53,404 nucleotides of DNA, from the NCBI GenBank assembly GCA_965261975.1, contig CBDHEC010000025.1, positions 1 through 53,404 on the forward strand. The letters run 5' to 3'. Of this stretch, positions 40,680 to 51,099 are shown one piece after another. This DNA comes from Alphaproteobacteria bacterium. Lineage in GTDB: Bacteria > Pseudomonadota > Alphaproteobacteria > UBA6615. The translations under genes and the position numbers were made by a program. Numbering within the stretch: position 1 is the first letter of the stretch; each line of letters starts with the position of its first letter. The notes beneath the pieces were generated by a model. The model was not told the origin of the DNA. It did not search any database and was given only the letters and a program-made list of their open reading frames with translations.

Positions 40680-40758
40680 CCCGACAGCCCCACAGTCAGC
40701 CTTTACGCACCCCTGTATTTGCGGTGTATTTACAAACGAATTTCTCAGGAGCCAGAGT

Positions 40759-41088
40759 ATGTCCACGAAACTGATGGAAAAAACTGCCAGTGAGGCTGGC
40801 GACCGGGAGGTCGGCAATTTCGAAATCCTCGTTGACGACGAGAAGACCCGGGTCACCCAATGGCATATCAAGCCCGGGCAACAAACCGGCTGGCATCTCC
40901 ACGAATTCGACTATCTGACGATCCAGCAATCCGAGGGACGATTGCATATGGAACACGCCGACGGCAGTCAGCGCGATATCGACTATGTGCCGGGCAAGGC
41001 CGTGATGATCAAGGCGCCGGTCGAGCATAACGCCACGAACGCAGGCGATGTGGACATCCGGGTGCTGGAGATCGAGTACAAATTCTAG
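40759..41088 (+). CDS. Small cupin domain protein (BauB-like)
   Basis: RVTQWHIKPGQQTGWHLHEFDY...VEHNATN...LEIEYK; ATG after AGGAG. Confidence 0.85.
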   Translation: MSTKLMEKTASEAGDREVGNFEILVDDEKTRVTQWHIKPGQQTGWHLHEFDYLTIQQSEGRLHMEHADGSQRDIDYVPGKAVMIKAPVEHNATNAGDVDIRVLEIEYKF

Positions 41089-41106
41089 GCAACGGAGGGG
41101 CCTCAT

Positions 41107-41448
41107 ATGTCTGAAAAGCTTGAGGAAAAGACCCGCGCAGAAGTGCCGGCAGACAAGCTCGGGCATTACGAGGTCCTGATCGACAACGAAACCACCCGGA
41201 TCACCTTTCATCACATCGAAAAAGGCCAGTCTTCGGGCTGGCACAGCCATGATCTCGACTATGTGGGCTACCATTTCGGCGACAGCGATGTGCAGATCGA
41301 GCGCGGTGGCGGTGACGCCCCGTCGACGATGGCATCGAAGAAGGGTGCCGCGACCTTCTACGAGGTCGGCGACGGCTTCGAACACAACGTGACCGTGGTC
41401 TCCGACAGCCCGTTGATCGCGCTCGAGATCGAATACAAGAAGTCTTAG
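41107..41448 (+). CDS. Small cupin domain protein, paralog of the upstream gene
   Basis: GQSSGWHSHDLDY...FEHNVT...LEIEYK; ATG after GGAGGGG. Confidence 0.85.
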   Translation: MSEKLEEKTRAEVPADKLGHYEVLIDNETTRITFHHIEKGQSSGWHSHDLDYVGYHFGDSDVQIERGGGDAPSTMASKKGAATFYEVGDGFEHNVTVVSDSPLIALEIEYKKS

Positions 41449-41469
41449 TCGAGATTGCGCCGATAAGGC

Positions 41470-41498
41470 TTGTAATCGGGCTGGCATGGGGGTATCAC
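41470..41498 (+). promoter_or_regulatory. Putative sigma70 promoter of rpsB-tsf
   Basis: TTGTAA-N17-TATCAC followed by a GC-rich discriminator. Confidence 0.5.
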
Positions 41499-41527
41499 CC
41501 CCGCGATCTCGCATTTGCGGGACATAT

Positions 41528-41620
41528 TCCACACGCAGACCTGCGGCAGGCGGACAGACATCCCCGCTCGTCGATCCGGTGCCCCTCGGGGCGGCAGTCT
41601 GCGGAGGCACAACCGGTAAA
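41528..41620 (+). promoter_or_regulatory. Ribosomal protein S2 leader (t44-like autoregulatory 5'UTR)
   Basis: CACAC...CCGGTGCCC-CTCG-GGGC...GGAGGCACAACCGG layout like the E. coli rpsB leader. Outer stem CGCAGAC (41534-40) pairs with GTCTGCG (41597-603); CCGGT (41576-80) is complementary to ACCGG (41612-16). Confidence 0.75.
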
Positions 41621-41631
41621 GGAGAGAGACC

Positions 41632-42489
41632 ATGGCGGTCCCGACATTCACGATGCGCCAGCTGCTCGAAGCTGGTGTTCACTTTGGTCATAACACCCGA
41701 CGCTGGAATCCGAAGATGGAGCCGTTCATTTTCGGCGTCCGCAATGGAATCCACATCATCGATCTGCAGCAGTCGGTGCCGATGCTCTATGCCGCACTGA
41801 ACGCGGCGCGCAGCGTGGCGTCCGAGGGCGGCCGCGTGCTGTTCGTGGGCACCAAGCGTGCGGCCAGCGATATCGTCGCTGAATCGGCGCGCAAATGCGG
41901 CCAGTATTATGTCAATCAGCGTTGGCTGGGCGGCATGCTCACCAACTGGACGACGATTTCCCAGTCGATCAAGACCCTGAAAGAGCTCGAAGAGCAGCTT
42001 TCGGGTGAGTCCGCCCTTGGCCTGACCAAGAAGGAAACCCTGCAGCTCACGCGCAAGCGCGACAAGCTGGAGATGGCGCTTGGCGGCATCAAGGAGATGG
42101 GCGGTCGCCCGGACCTCGTGGTCATCATCGACACGAACAAGGAAGATATCGCCATCAAGGAAGCCAAGAAGCTTGGTATTCCGGTCGTGGGCGTGTGCGA
42201 TACCAACTCCGACCCGTCTGACATCGATATGCCGATCCCGGGCAACGATGACGCGATGCGCGCCATCCATCTGTATTGCGATCTGTTCGCCGGTGCGGTG
42301 ATCGACGGCCTGCAGCAGGACATGGCGGCGGCCGGCGTCGATATCGGTGAAGCCGAGGCGCCGCCGGCGGAAGCCGCGGTTGCGGAAGAGCCGGCTGCGG
42401 AAGCGGCTGTCGAACCCGCCGTTGCCGCGGCCGAGGCAGCACCTGCCGCCGAGGCACCTGCCGAGGTGCCGGCAGAGCCCGCGTCTTAA
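41632..42489 (+). CDS. rpsB: 30S ribosomal protein S2
   Basis: [41 protein letters not shown]; Ala/Glu/Pro-rich tail. Confidence 0.98.
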   Translation: MAVPTFTMRQLLEAGVHFGHNTRRWNPKMEPFIFGVRNGIHIIDLQQSVPMLYAALNAARSVASEGGRVLFVGTKRAASDIVAESARKCGQYYVNQRWLGGMLTNWTTISQSIKTLKELEEQLSGESALGLTKKETLQLTRKRDKLEMALGGIKEMGGRPDLVVIIDTNKEDIAIKEAKKLGIPVVGVCDTNSDPSDIDMPIPGNDDAMRAIHLYCDLFAGAVIDGLQQDMAAAGVDIGEAEAPPAEAAVAEEPAAEAAVEPAVAAAEAAPAAEAPAEVPAEPAS

Positions 42490-42546
42490 GGCATTAACGT
42501 CGTAATATTAATAAGTTAGAACGCTATATTCGAGTGGAGAATCAGC

Positions 42547-43467
42547 ATGGCTGAGATCACGGCTGCTGCCGTCAAGGAACTGCGCGAGAAGTCCGGCGCG
42601 GGCATGATGGATTGTAAAACGGCATTGACCGAGAACGACGGCGACATGGATGCCGCGGTCGACTGGTTGCGCAAAAAAGGCCTCGCGGCTGCCGAGAAGA
42701 AGGCTGGCCGCGCTGCGGCTGAGGGCCTGGTCGGCATGGCAACCGATGGGTCGACGGGGGCGCTGGCGGAGGTGAACTCCGAGACGGATTTCGTCGCCCG
42801 GAACGAGATATTCCAGAGTTTCGTCACCAAAGTGACCGGATTGGCGTTGGAGCATGGCGACGATGAAGCCGGCTTGCGGGCCGCGTCGGTCGATGGCGGC
42901 GGGTCTGTCGATGAAACCGTTGTCGAGTTGGTCGGCACCATTGGTGAGAACATTGGCTTCCGCCGGGCAACCAGCCTTTCGGTCGGCTCCGGCGTGGTCT
43001 CAGGATATGTCCATAACCAGGTGGCGCCGGGTCTCGGCAAAATCGGCGTGCTGGTGGCGCTCGAATCCACCGGTGATACAGCCAAGCTCGATGAACTCGG
43101 CCGTCAGCTCGCCATGCATGTGGCCGCTGCACAACCCCAGTTCCTCGATATCGCTTCCGTTGATGCCAGTGCACTCGATCGTGAGCGTGAGGTGTTGGCC
43201 GAACAGGCGCGCGCTTCGGGTAAACCGGAAGAGATCGTCGAGAAAATGGTGGAAGGGCGTCTGCGCAAGTTCTACGAAGAAGTTGTGCTCAACGAGCAGA
43301 CATTCGTCGTTGACGGCGAAACCAAGGTTTCGAAGGTCATCGAGGCGGCGGCGCAGGAGGTCGGTGCACCGGTCGTACTGGCCGGGTTTGTGCGCTTCAC
43401 GTTGGGCGAGGGTATTGAACGCCGGGAAGACGATTTCGCCGACGAAGTGGCGAAACTCGCCAACTAA
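42547..43467 (+). CDS. tsf: Translation elongation factor Ts
   Basis: [35 protein letters not shown]. Confidence 0.98.
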   Translation: MAEITAAAVKELREKSGAGMMDCKTALTENDGDMDAAVDWLRKKGLAAAEKKAGRAAAEGLVGMATDGSTGALAEVNSETDFVARNEIFQSFVTKVTGLALEHGDDEAGLRAASVDGGGSVDETVVELVGTIGENIGFRRATSLSVGSGVVSGYVHNQVAPGLGKIGVLVALESTGDTAKLDELGRQLAMHVAAAQPQFLDIASVDASALDREREVLAEQARASGKPEEIVEKMVEGRLRKFYEEVVLNEQTFVVDGETKVSKVIEAAAQEVGAPVVLAGFVRFTLGEGIERREDDFADEVAKLAN

Positions 43468-43499
43468 GTCGCGAACCGGCCGAACGGAACGGTAGTCCG

Positions 43500-44225
43500 A
43501 TGGCAGGCACATCTGAGTTCAAGCGGGTTCTCCTGAAGGTTTCAGGTGAAGTGCTTATGGGGGACGGGGAATTCGGTCTCGATCCCCAGATGGTCAGCCG
43601 TATCGCCAACGATATCGCGGAAGTCCAGAAAACCGGGGTCGAGCTTTGCCTGGTCGTCGGTGGCGGCAACATCTTTCGGGGCGTGTCCGTGGCCGCCCAG
43701 GGGATGGAGCGCGCCAGCGCCGACTATATGGGCATGCTCGCCACGGTGATGAACGCCCTGGCGCTGCAGAGCGCGCTGGAAGAATGTGATGTCCCGACCC
43801 GCGTGCTGTCTGCGATTCCGATGGCGACGGTATGCGAACCCTATATTCGCCGTCGTGCGGTGCGGCATATGGAGCGCGGCCGGGTGGTGATCTTCGCCGC
43901 CGGCACGGGAAACCCCTATTTCACAACCGATACGGCCGCCGCGTTGCGCGCGTCGGAGATGGATTGCGATTGCCTGCTCAAGGGCACGAAGGTCGATGGT
44001 GTCTACAGCGCCGACCCGGAAAAGGACCCGGACGCGGAGCGGTTCGACCGATTGACCCATTTCGACGTGCTGCAGCGCGATCTGAAGGTCATGGACGCGG
44101 CGGCGATCACGCTTTGCCGCGAGAACGATATTCCGATTCTGGTGTTTTCGATCCAGAATGCCGGAGAGGTGAAGCGCGTGCTCGAGGGCGAGGGCCGTTT
44201 CACGATAGTCAGGGGAGAGAATTAG
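43500..44225 (+). CDS. pyrH: UMP kinase
   Basis: [45 protein letters not shown]. Confidence 0.98.
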   Translation: MAGTSEFKRVLLKVSGEVLMGDGEFGLDPQMVSRIANDIAEVQKTGVELCLVVGGGNIFRGVSVAAQGMERASADYMGMLATVMNALALQSALEECDVPTRVLSAIPMATVCEPYIRRRAVRHMERGRVVIFAAGTGNPYFTTDTAAALRASEMDCDCLLKGTKVDGVYSADPEKDPDAERFDRLTHFDVLQRDLKVMDAAAITLCRENDIPILVFSIQNAGEVKRVLEGEGRFTIVRGEN

Positions 44226-44780
44226 GTGTCGGCTGATGAAACTGATCTCAAGCGCCGCATGGACGGCGCACTGGATGCGCTGAAGCGCGAATTTAGCGGC
44301 CTGCGTACCGGCCGCGCCTCGACGTCGCTGCTGGAGAATGTCCAGGTGGATGCGTATGGCGCCGCGATGCCCATGAACCAGGTGGCGTCCGTCAGCGTTC
44401 CCGAACCCCGGATGCTGAGCGTCCAGGTCTGGGACGACGGCAACGTCAAGGCGGTGGAGAAGGCGATCATCGATTCCGAACTGGGGCTGAACCCCCAGAC
44501 GGAGGGCAATCTGATCCGCGTGCCGATCCCTGAGTTGAGCGAGGAACGCCGCGAGGAAATGACCAAGGTCGCGGCCAAGTATGCCGAGCAGGCGCGTATC
44601 GCCGTTCGCAATGTTCGTCGAGACGGCATGGATTCGCTCAAGAAGCTCGAGAAAGATGGCGAAATCTCGCAAGACGAGCACCGTGCGCGGGGTGACGATA
44701 TCCAGCAGCTGACCGACGGACATATCTCCAACATCGACACACTGCTCGAATCCAAAGAGCAGGAGATCATGCAGGTCTGA
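44226..44780 (+). CDS. frr: Ribosome recycling factor
   Basis: [30 protein letters not shown]; GTG start abutting the pyrH stop. Confidence 0.97.
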   Translation: MSADETDLKRRMDGALDALKREFSGLRTGRASTSLLENVQVDAYGAAMPMNQVASVSVPEPRMLSVQVWDDGNVKAVEKAIIDSELGLNPQTEGNLIRVPIPELSEERREEMTKVAAKYAEQARIAVRNVRRDGMDSLKKLEKDGEISQDEHRARGDDIQQLTDGHISNIDTLLESKEQEIMQV

Positions 44781-44784
44781 CCGG

Positions 44785-45513
44785 ATGGCGGACACCGGCG
44801 ACGAACAGGACCGGGTGCCCGCGCATATAGCGGTCATCATGGACGGCAACGGCCGGTGGGCACGCGCCCGCGGCCTGCCGCGAACCGCCGGGCATGCGAA
44901 GGGGGCGGAGGCGGTCAAGCGGACCCTCGATGCGGCCGAAGAACTCGGCGTGAAGTACCTCACCTTGTTCGGGTTCAGTTCGGAAAACTGGAACCGCCCC
45001 AGCGATGAAGTCGGCGACCTCATGGGTTTGCTGCGCCGCTATCTCCAGAGCGAAACGGCCGATCTGCACAAACGCGGGATGCGAATTCGGGTGATCGGAG
45101 ACCGGGCACGGTTTTCTGACGACATCGTGACCCTGATCGAGGGTGCGGAGGAAATGACAGCCGGCAATACCGGGCTCAACCTGACGGCGGCACTCAGTTA
45201 CGGCGGACGCCAGGATATCGTCGCGGCAACCCGTGTTCTGGCGCAGCGCGCCGCGGACGGTGACCTTGACCCCGCGACCATCGATGATGAGCTGGTCTCG
45301 CAACATCTTTGGACCCGGGGCCTGCCGGATCCCGACCTGCTTATCCGGACGAGCAATGAGCAGCGGATCAGCAATTTTCTGCTTTGGCAGTGTGCCTATA
45401 CCGAACTGGTGTTTGTCGACGCGCTCTGGCCGGATTTTGGCCGTGGGCATCTTGAAGAATGCATCGACGAATTTAACCGGCGAGAACGCCGGTTTGGCGC
45501 GGTGGCCGGCTAA
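44785..45513 (+). CDS. uppS: Undecaprenyl diphosphate synthase (isoprenyl transferase)
   Basis: HIAVIMDGNGRWA, FSSENWNRP, DPDLLIRTS, RISNFLLWQ, RERRFG. Confidence 0.97.
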   Translation: MADTGDEQDRVPAHIAVIMDGNGRWARARGLPRTAGHAKGAEAVKRTLDAAEELGVKYLTLFGFSSENWNRPSDEVGDLMGLLRRYLQSETADLHKRGMRIRVIGDRARFSDDIVTLIEGAEEMTAGNTGLNLTAALSYGGRQDIVAATRVLAQRAADGDLDPATIDDELVSQHLWTRGLPDPDLLIRTSNEQRISNFLLWQCAYTELVFVDALWPDFGRGHLEECIDEFNRRERRFGAVAG

Positions 45514-45518
45514 AGCCC

Positions 45519-46364
45519 TTGACCACGCCATCCGAACATCCCGCGCCGCCGGCAGTGCCTGCACAGGAAAAGAGCAACTTGCTGTTGCGGGTTCTTTCGG
45601 CGCTGGTGCTCATACCGGTGGCGCTGTTTTGCGTGTGGCTGGGCTCACCCTGGTTTGCGGCAATGCTGGCCGTTGTGGTTCTGGCGGCGGGGGCGGAGTG
45701 GCGGTCGATTGCGGTTATTGAACGCGCCGGGCTGCGTATGCAGTCGATCATGGTCCCGTTGTTCGTGCTGGTCGTGGGTGAAGTCGCAGGACCATCTGCC
45801 GGGCTGTTGGCGCTTATTGTGGGCCTGGTCCTGGCTGCCGGCACGTTCTCGGCGCCATTGAACGAGAGGGCCTGGGCCCTGGCCGCGCATCTTCATCTCG
45901 GCCTGGCCGTGGTTGCGCTGCTGTTTTTGCGGCTCCAGCCCGAAGTCGGCCTCGATCTCGTGGTGTTCCTGTTTGCGATGGTCTGGATGTCGGATATCGG
46001 CGGCTATGTTGCCGGGCGTCTTGTCGGCGGGCTTCGGCTGGCACCGCGCATCAGCCCGAACAAGACCTGGGCCGGCGCGATTGGCGCCGTGGTGTTCGCG
46101 CTAGCGACGGCTGCGGTGATGGCGCGTGTTGCAGGCGTGTCCTCAGAACCTGTCCTGGGCATTGCGGTGCTGCTGTCGCTGGCAACCCAGTGTGGCGACC
46201 TGTTCGAATCCTGGGTCAAGCGTCACTTCGATGTGAAGGATTCCGGCTCGCTCATACCCGGGCATGGCGGTGTACTCGACCGGGTCGACGGCCTACTGTT
46301 CGCCGCACCCGCCCTGGCCCTGATTGCCCTATTGTTCGAAACGGATTTCATCCTATGGCGTTGA
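45519..46364 (+). CDS. cdsA: Phosphatidate cytidylyltransferase
   Basis: SDIGGY, ISPNKTW, GDLFESWVKRHFDVKDSGSLIPGHGGVLDRVD; start uncertain (TTG). Confidence 0.95.
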   Translation: MTTPSEHPAPPAVPAQEKSNLLLRVLSALVLIPVALFCVWLGSPWFAAMLAVVVLAAGAEWRSIAVIERAGLRMQSIMVPLFVLVVGEVAGPSAGLLALIVGLVLAAGTFSAPLNERAWALAAHLHLGLAVVALLFLRLQPEVGLDLVVFLFAMVWMSDIGGYVAGRLVGGLRLAPRISPNKTWAGAIGAVVFALATAAVMARVAGVSSEPVLGIAVLLSLATQCGDLFESWVKRHFDVKDSGSLIPGHGGVLDRVDGLLFAAPALALIALLFETDFILWR

Positions 46365-47548
46365 ACGAAATCGAAATTCCGTCGCCGGATGTGGCGCGCC
46401 GGATATCCATTCTCGGCGCTACAGGCTCGATCGGCAAAAGCACTACGGATCTTATCCGCCGCAACCGGGATCGCTTCGATGTGGTGGCACTGACGGCGAA
46501 TACGAGCGCGGCGGAACTGGCGGTGTTGGCCCGTGAATTCGATGCTGAACTCGCAGTTGTCGCCGACCCGTCGGCCTATGATGCGCTGCGTGACGGCTTG
46601 GCCGGGAGCGGGATCGAGGCCGCAGCCGGCCCGGAGGCGTTAAGCGCGGCAGGCGGTGTATCGGCCGATCTCATCGTTGCCGGGATCGTTGGCGCAGCGG
46701 GCCTGGAATCGACCCTGTCGGCCGTCGAACAGGGCACGCTGGTGGCGCTCGCGAACAAGGAGAGTCTGGTTTGCGCCGGTGATCTGGTGCTGGCGGCAAC
46801 CGAACGTTTCGGTACGCGCCTTTTGCCGCTCGATTCCGAACACAATGCGATTTTCCAGGTTTTCGAGACTGAAAATGCCGGTGACGTCGAAAAATTGATC
46901 CTTACCGCGTCCGGTGGGCCGTTCCGGACCTGGTCGCGCGAACGAATGGCGGCGGCAACGCCGGACGAGGCGATCGCACATCCAAACTGGGATATGGGAC
47001 GCAAGATATCGGTCGATTCAGCGACGATGATGAACAAGGGCCTGGAGCTGATCGAGGCCGCCTATCTGTTCCCCGTCGGCGCGAGCGACATCGAAGTGCT
47101 GGTGCACCCGCAATCCGTGGTTCATTCGATGGTCGCCTATGTCGACGGCTCGGTTCTGGCGCAGATGGGGACGCCGGACATGCGTGTGCCGATCGCGCAC
47201 GCCCTGGCCTGGCCGGCACGTATGGAAAGCCCCGCGGCGCGCCTGGATCTTGCAGCGATCGGCGCGCTGGAATTTGAGGCGCCGGACCATGAACGTTTCC
47301 CGTCGATCGCACTTGCCCGAAGCGCTCTTTCGGCAGGCCGTGGCGCGACCGTGATCTTGAATGCCGCCAATGAGATTGCCGTCGAGAGCTTCCTCGATGG
47401 CCGGATCGGCTTCCTCGATATTGCCGAAACGGTGATGCGGGTGCTCGAGGCGGTCGACGGCCACGAAATCTCCTCGCTTGAAGATTTCAGGGCGTTGGAT
47501 CGTGAAAGCCGACATATCTCGGAAAACCTTGTAAAATCCGCTTCTTAA
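46355..47548 (+). CDS. dxr: 1-deoxy-D-xylulose-5-phosphate reductoisomerase
   Basis: ILGATGSIG, LANKESLV, PLDSEHNAIFQ, LTASGGPF, HPNWDMGRKISVDSATMMNKGLE. ATG at 46355 chosen. Confidence 0.97.
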   Translation: MALNEIEIPSPDVARRISILGATGSIGKSTTDLIRRNRDRFDVVALTANTSAAELAVLAREFDAELAVVADPSAYDALRDGLAGSGIEAAAGPEALSAAGGVSADLIVAGIVGAAGLESTLSAVEQGTLVALANKESLVCAGDLVLAATERFGTRLLPLDSEHNAIFQVFETENAGDVEKLILTASGGPFRTWSRERMAAATPDEAIAHPNWDMGRKISVDSATMMNKGLELIEAAYLFPVGASDIEVLVHPQSVVHSMVAYVDGSVLAQMGTPDMRVPIAHALAWPARMESPAARLDLAAIGALEFEAPDHERFPSIALARSALSAGRGATVILNAANEIAVESFLDGRIGFLDIAETVMRVLEAVDGHEISSLEDFRALDRESRHISENLVKSAS

Positions 47549-47609
47549 CGCCACCTCAAGCATTGCTCGCCATGCTATTGGCGCGCAGGTGATAAGGGAT
47601 TGAATCCGC

Positions 47610-48728
47610 ATGAGCGGTCTCGTGGTTACAATTTTCTGGTTTCTGGTCGTTCTGACGCCACTCGTGTTCGTTCATGAGTTTGGCCACTACTGGTTCGCAC
47701 GGCGTGCAGGCGTACGCGTGGAAGTCTTTTCCATTGGTTTCGGCCGCGAACTGTTCGGTTACACGGACAAACACGGCACGCGCTGGAAATTCAGCCTCAT
47801 CCCGTTCGGCGGTTACGTCAAAATGTTCGGCCAGAGCGATCTCGGCGCCGACGATGACGGCGCGGAAATGACGCCGGACGAACGTGCCGTCGCCTTTCAT
47901 CACAAGAAATTGTCTCAGAAGACGGCGATCGTTGCGGCGGGTCCGCTGGCGAATATTCTGTTCGCAATCGCCATCTTTACGATCCTGTTTGCCACCACCG
48001 GTCAGCCCTTCACCCTGGCCCAGGTCTCGGAAGTCGTCCCCGGTTCCGCTGCGGAAGCGGCGGGGTTGGAGACAGGAGATGAGTTTCTCCAGGTCGCCGG
48101 ACGCTCGATTGCGCGATTTGAAGAGGTGCAGCAACTCATCAGGCTGCATCCGGGAATTCCCGTCGATATTGTTGTGGACCGTGACGGCGCGCAGCTGGAC
48201 CTGGTGGCGACGCCCAGCGTGAATGTCATCCCCGACGGCCTGGGAGACGAGGCCCGCATTGGCGTTCTGGGCGTTCGGGGGCTGGAGAGGGCGTTCGAGC
48301 GCCACAGCGTGCCGGTGGCTGCCTGGCAGGGCGTCCGGGAGACGGTTCGCCTGGTTTCGGTCACGGTGACTGCGATCGGGCAGATGTTCGGTGGTGAACG
48401 CAGCGCGCAGGAATTGGGCGGACCGGTGCGAATCGCACAGATGTCCGGCAGTGCTGCGGACGCGGGAATCGCGACATTGGTGATCTTTGCGGCGTTCCTG
48501 TCGATTAATCTCGGGCTGATTAATTTGCTCCCAATTCCTCTGCTCGATGGCGGACATCTGGCGTTCTACGCATATGAAGCGGTGTTCCGCAGGGCGCCGG
48601 GGCGTTGGGCACAGGAGCTCGGTATGAAAATCGGGCTGGTTTTCGTGCTCGGGCTCATGCTATTCGCCACATTCAACGATATCGTCCGTCTTCCGGTTGT
48701 GCAGCGATTGGTAGCGCTGTTTACTTGA
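47610..48728 (+). CDS. rseP: RIP metalloprotease RseP
   Basis: HEFGH, FSIGFG, one PDZ domain, NLLPIPLLDGG. Confidence 0.96.
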   Translation: MSGLVVTIFWFLVVLTPLVFVHEFGHYWFARRAGVRVEVFSIGFGRELFGYTDKHGTRWKFSLIPFGGYVKMFGQSDLGADDDGAEMTPDERAVAFHHKKLSQKTAIVAAGPLANILFAIAIFTILFATTGQPFTLAQVSEVVPGSAAEAAGLETGDEFLQVAGRSIARFEEVQQLIRLHPGIPVDIVVDRDGAQLDLVATPSVNVIPDGLGDEARIGVLGVRGLERAFERHSVPVAAWQGVRETVRLVSVTVTAIGQMFGGERSAQELGGPVRIAQMSGSAADAGIATLVIFAAFLSINLGLINLLPIPLLDGGHLAFYAYEAVFRRAPGRWAQELGMKIGLVFVLGLMLFATFNDIVRLPVVQRLVALFT

Positions 48729-48785
48729 CCCTAAGGGTCTGACCGGAAAGCAGAAACGGGCAATCGAAAGGACAGGGGCGAGCGC

Positions 48786-51086
48786 GTGTTTTTCCGCACT
48801 TGTAAGAATGTTGTAGCGGTCTTGCTGACAGGAGGCGTTTTCGTCCTGTTTGCTTTGGCGCAACCAGCGAGTGCACAGACACGGTCTGGCGTGGTTGTTG
48901 AGGAAATCCGGGTTGTCGGAACCCAGCGGATCGATCCCTCGACGGTTAACGCCTACATGCAGATCAAACCGGGCGATAACTATGACCCGGCCAAGGTCGA
49001 TGACTCGCTCAAGAATCTGTTCAATACCGGCTTGTTCGCAGACGTCACATTGCGGCGTGAGGGCGATGCTGTCGTCGTCCAGGTGGTGGAAAACCCGATC
49101 ATTAACAGGATCGCGTTTGAGGGAAACCGCAAGATTGACGATGAGGCACTCTTGAGCGAAGTGTCCTTGCGTCCGCGCGTCGTTTACACCCGCACAAAGG
49201 TACAGGGCGACGTTCAGCGGTTGCTGGATATCTATCGGCGCTCGGGCCGGTTCGCGGCCACGGTGGATCCCAAAGTCATTCAATTGCCGGAAAACCGTGT
49301 CGATCTCGTGTTCGAAATCGAAGAAGGCGGCAAGACGGGTATCCGCGCGATCAATTTCATCGGGAACAAGGCGTTCTCCGACGGGGATCTGCGTGAAACC
49401 ATCCAGACCACCGAAACGGCTTTCTATAACTTCCTTTCGAGCAACGATACCTACGACCCCGACAGGCTGTCGTTCGACCGGGAGCTGTTGCGCCGTCTCT
49501 ATTTGTCCGAGGGCTATGCGGACTTCCGGGTGGTCTCCGCGATCGCGGAGCTGACCGAAGACCGCGATGATTTTATCGTCACGTTCACCCTGGACGAGGG
49601 GCCGGAGTACAGCTTTGGCACGCTCGATGTCGCGAGCGAGCTTCGCGGCGTCGATGGGGCCGAACTCCGCGGCCTGGTTGCCGCGGACACAGGCGACACC
49701 TACGACGCCAACGAAGTTGAAGAGACAGTTCAATCGATCACAGATTCCCTCGGTGAGAGAGGGTTCGCGTTTGTCGATGTGCGCCCGCGTGTGGACCGAG
49801 ACCGTGAAGAGCTGACGATCGACGTGACCTACGAAGTTCGTGAGGGACCGCGTGTATTTGTTGAGCGGATCGATATCGCGGGCAATGTGCGAACGCTCGA
49901 CGAGGTAATCCGACGCGAATTCACGATCGTCGAAGGTGACGCGTTTAATACGGCCAAGCTTCGTCGAACACGCCAGCGTTTGCAGGATCTCGGATTCTTC
50001 TCCCGTGTCGACATCAACAACACGCCGGGAAGTGCGAATGACCGCACGATCGTCAGTGTGAATGTTGAAGAACAATCGACCGGTGAGCTCTCAGTTGGCG
50101 CCGGTTTTTCGTCTAACGCAGGCCTGCTGACCGACATCGCGTTGCGTGAGCGCAACCTGCTCGGCCGAGGCCAGGATCTGCGCGTGAGCACCACGCTGGC
50201 GACGAAACAACAGCAGATCGACCTGAGCTTCACCGAACCCTATTTCCTCGACCGGGACGTCGCTGCGGGATTTGATCTGTTCCTTCGAAAAACCGATTTC
50301 ACTGACCGAAGTTCGTTCGAGCAGAACGAGGCCGGTTTCGGATTGCGAGCCGGCTATCAGATGACGGAACGGCTTCGGCATACGGCGCGCTATCGTTTTG
50401 CGCGCGATAGTATTGACGATATCCAGGACGACGCATCGGATGTCGTGAAGGCACAGTCGGGCACGTTCACGACATCATCGATCGAGAACGATTTTTTCTT
50501 CGATGCTCTCGACAGCAGGTTTAACCCGACTGATGGTTATTCCCTGAACTACAGCATTGATGTTGCCGGGTTTGGCGGTTCGGAAAAGTTCGTCCGCAAC
50601 GAAGTCGGCGCGGGCTACTTTACGCCCCTGTTCGGGACGTCAATTATCGGCAGCCTGCAAGGTGAGAGCGGGAACATCACATCGTTGGAGGATGACGAAG
50701 TTCGTCTCTCCGAACGGTTCTTTCTCGGTGGTTCCCGGTTGCGTGGCTTCAAGGTCGGCGGGGTCGGGTCGCGTGATCTGAGAACGGATGATTCTCTCGG
50801 TGGTTCTAACTATTATCGTGGCTCGGCGGAGCTTGGTTTTCCGCTTGGCCTGCCGGACGAGTTTGATATCAGGGGCGCCGTGTTCAGTGACGTGGGCAGC
50901 GCATGGGGCATTGACGATCCGTTTCCCGATATTGCCGACGACGCCAGTTTGCGCGGTTCTGTCGGCATCGGATTGGGATGGGGATCACCCGTCGGTCCTG
51001 TTCGCATAAATCTGTCTCGGGCCCTTCTCAAGGAAGATTATGACAAGACGGAGTTCTTTAGTTTCAGCTTTGGAACCCGGTTCTAA
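48786..51086 (+). CDS. bamA: Outer membrane protein assembly factor BamA
   Basis: Signal peptide, POTRA repeats (LFNTGLFADV, VIRRE, LGFFS), LRGF loop, SPVGP, and C-terminal FSFSFGTRF beta-signal. Confidence 0.97.
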   Translation: MFFRTCKNVVAVLLTGGVFVLFALAQPASAQTRSGVVVEEIRVVGTQRIDPSTVNAYMQIKPGDNYDPAKVDDSLKNLFNTGLFADVTLRREGDAVVVQVVENPIINRIAFEGNRKIDDEALLSEVSLRPRVVYTRTKVQGDVQRLLDIYRRSGRFAATVDPKVIQLPENRVDLVFEIEEGGKTGIRAINFIGNKAFSDGDLRETIQTTETAFYNFLSSNDTYDPDRLSFDRELLRRLYLSEGYADFRVVSAIAELTEDRDDFIVTFTLDEGPEYSFGTLDVASELRGVDGAELRGLVAADTGDTYDANEVEETVQSITDSLGERGFAFVDVRPRVDRDREELTIDVTYEVREGPRVFVERIDIAGNVRTLDEVIRREFTIVEGDAFNTAKLRRTRQRLQDLGFFSRVDINNTPGSANDRTIVSVNVEEQSTGELSVGAGFSSNAGLLTDIALRERNLLGRGQDLRVSTTLATKQQQIDLSFTEPYFLDRDVAAGFDLFLRKTDFTDRSSFEQNEAGFGLRAGYQMTERLRHTARYRFARDSIDDIQDDASDVVKAQSGTFTTSSIENDFFFDALDSRFNPTDGYSLNYSIDVAGFGGSEKFVRNEVGAGYFTPLFGTSIIGSLQGESGNITSLEDDEVRLSERFFLGGSRLRGFKVGGVGSRDLRTDDSLGGSNYYRGSAELGFPLGLPDEFDIRGAVFSDVGSAWGIDDPFPDIADDASLRGSVGIGLGWGSPVGPVRINLSRALLKEDYDKTEFFSFSFGTRF

Positions 51087-51099
51087 CGGAGTGAAAACC

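Noticed and set aside
42350-42489. Imperfect GCCGAGGCA repeats at the end of rpsB
   Set aside because: They encode the Ala/Glu/Pro-rich disordered S2 tail that is common in this group. They are not a CRISPR array or a mobile repeat.
42486-42530. AT-rich rpsB-tsf spacer with several TTAA motifs (possible CtrA box)
   Set aside because: TTAA spacings are 4 and 10 nt, not the TTAA-N7-TTAA consensus.
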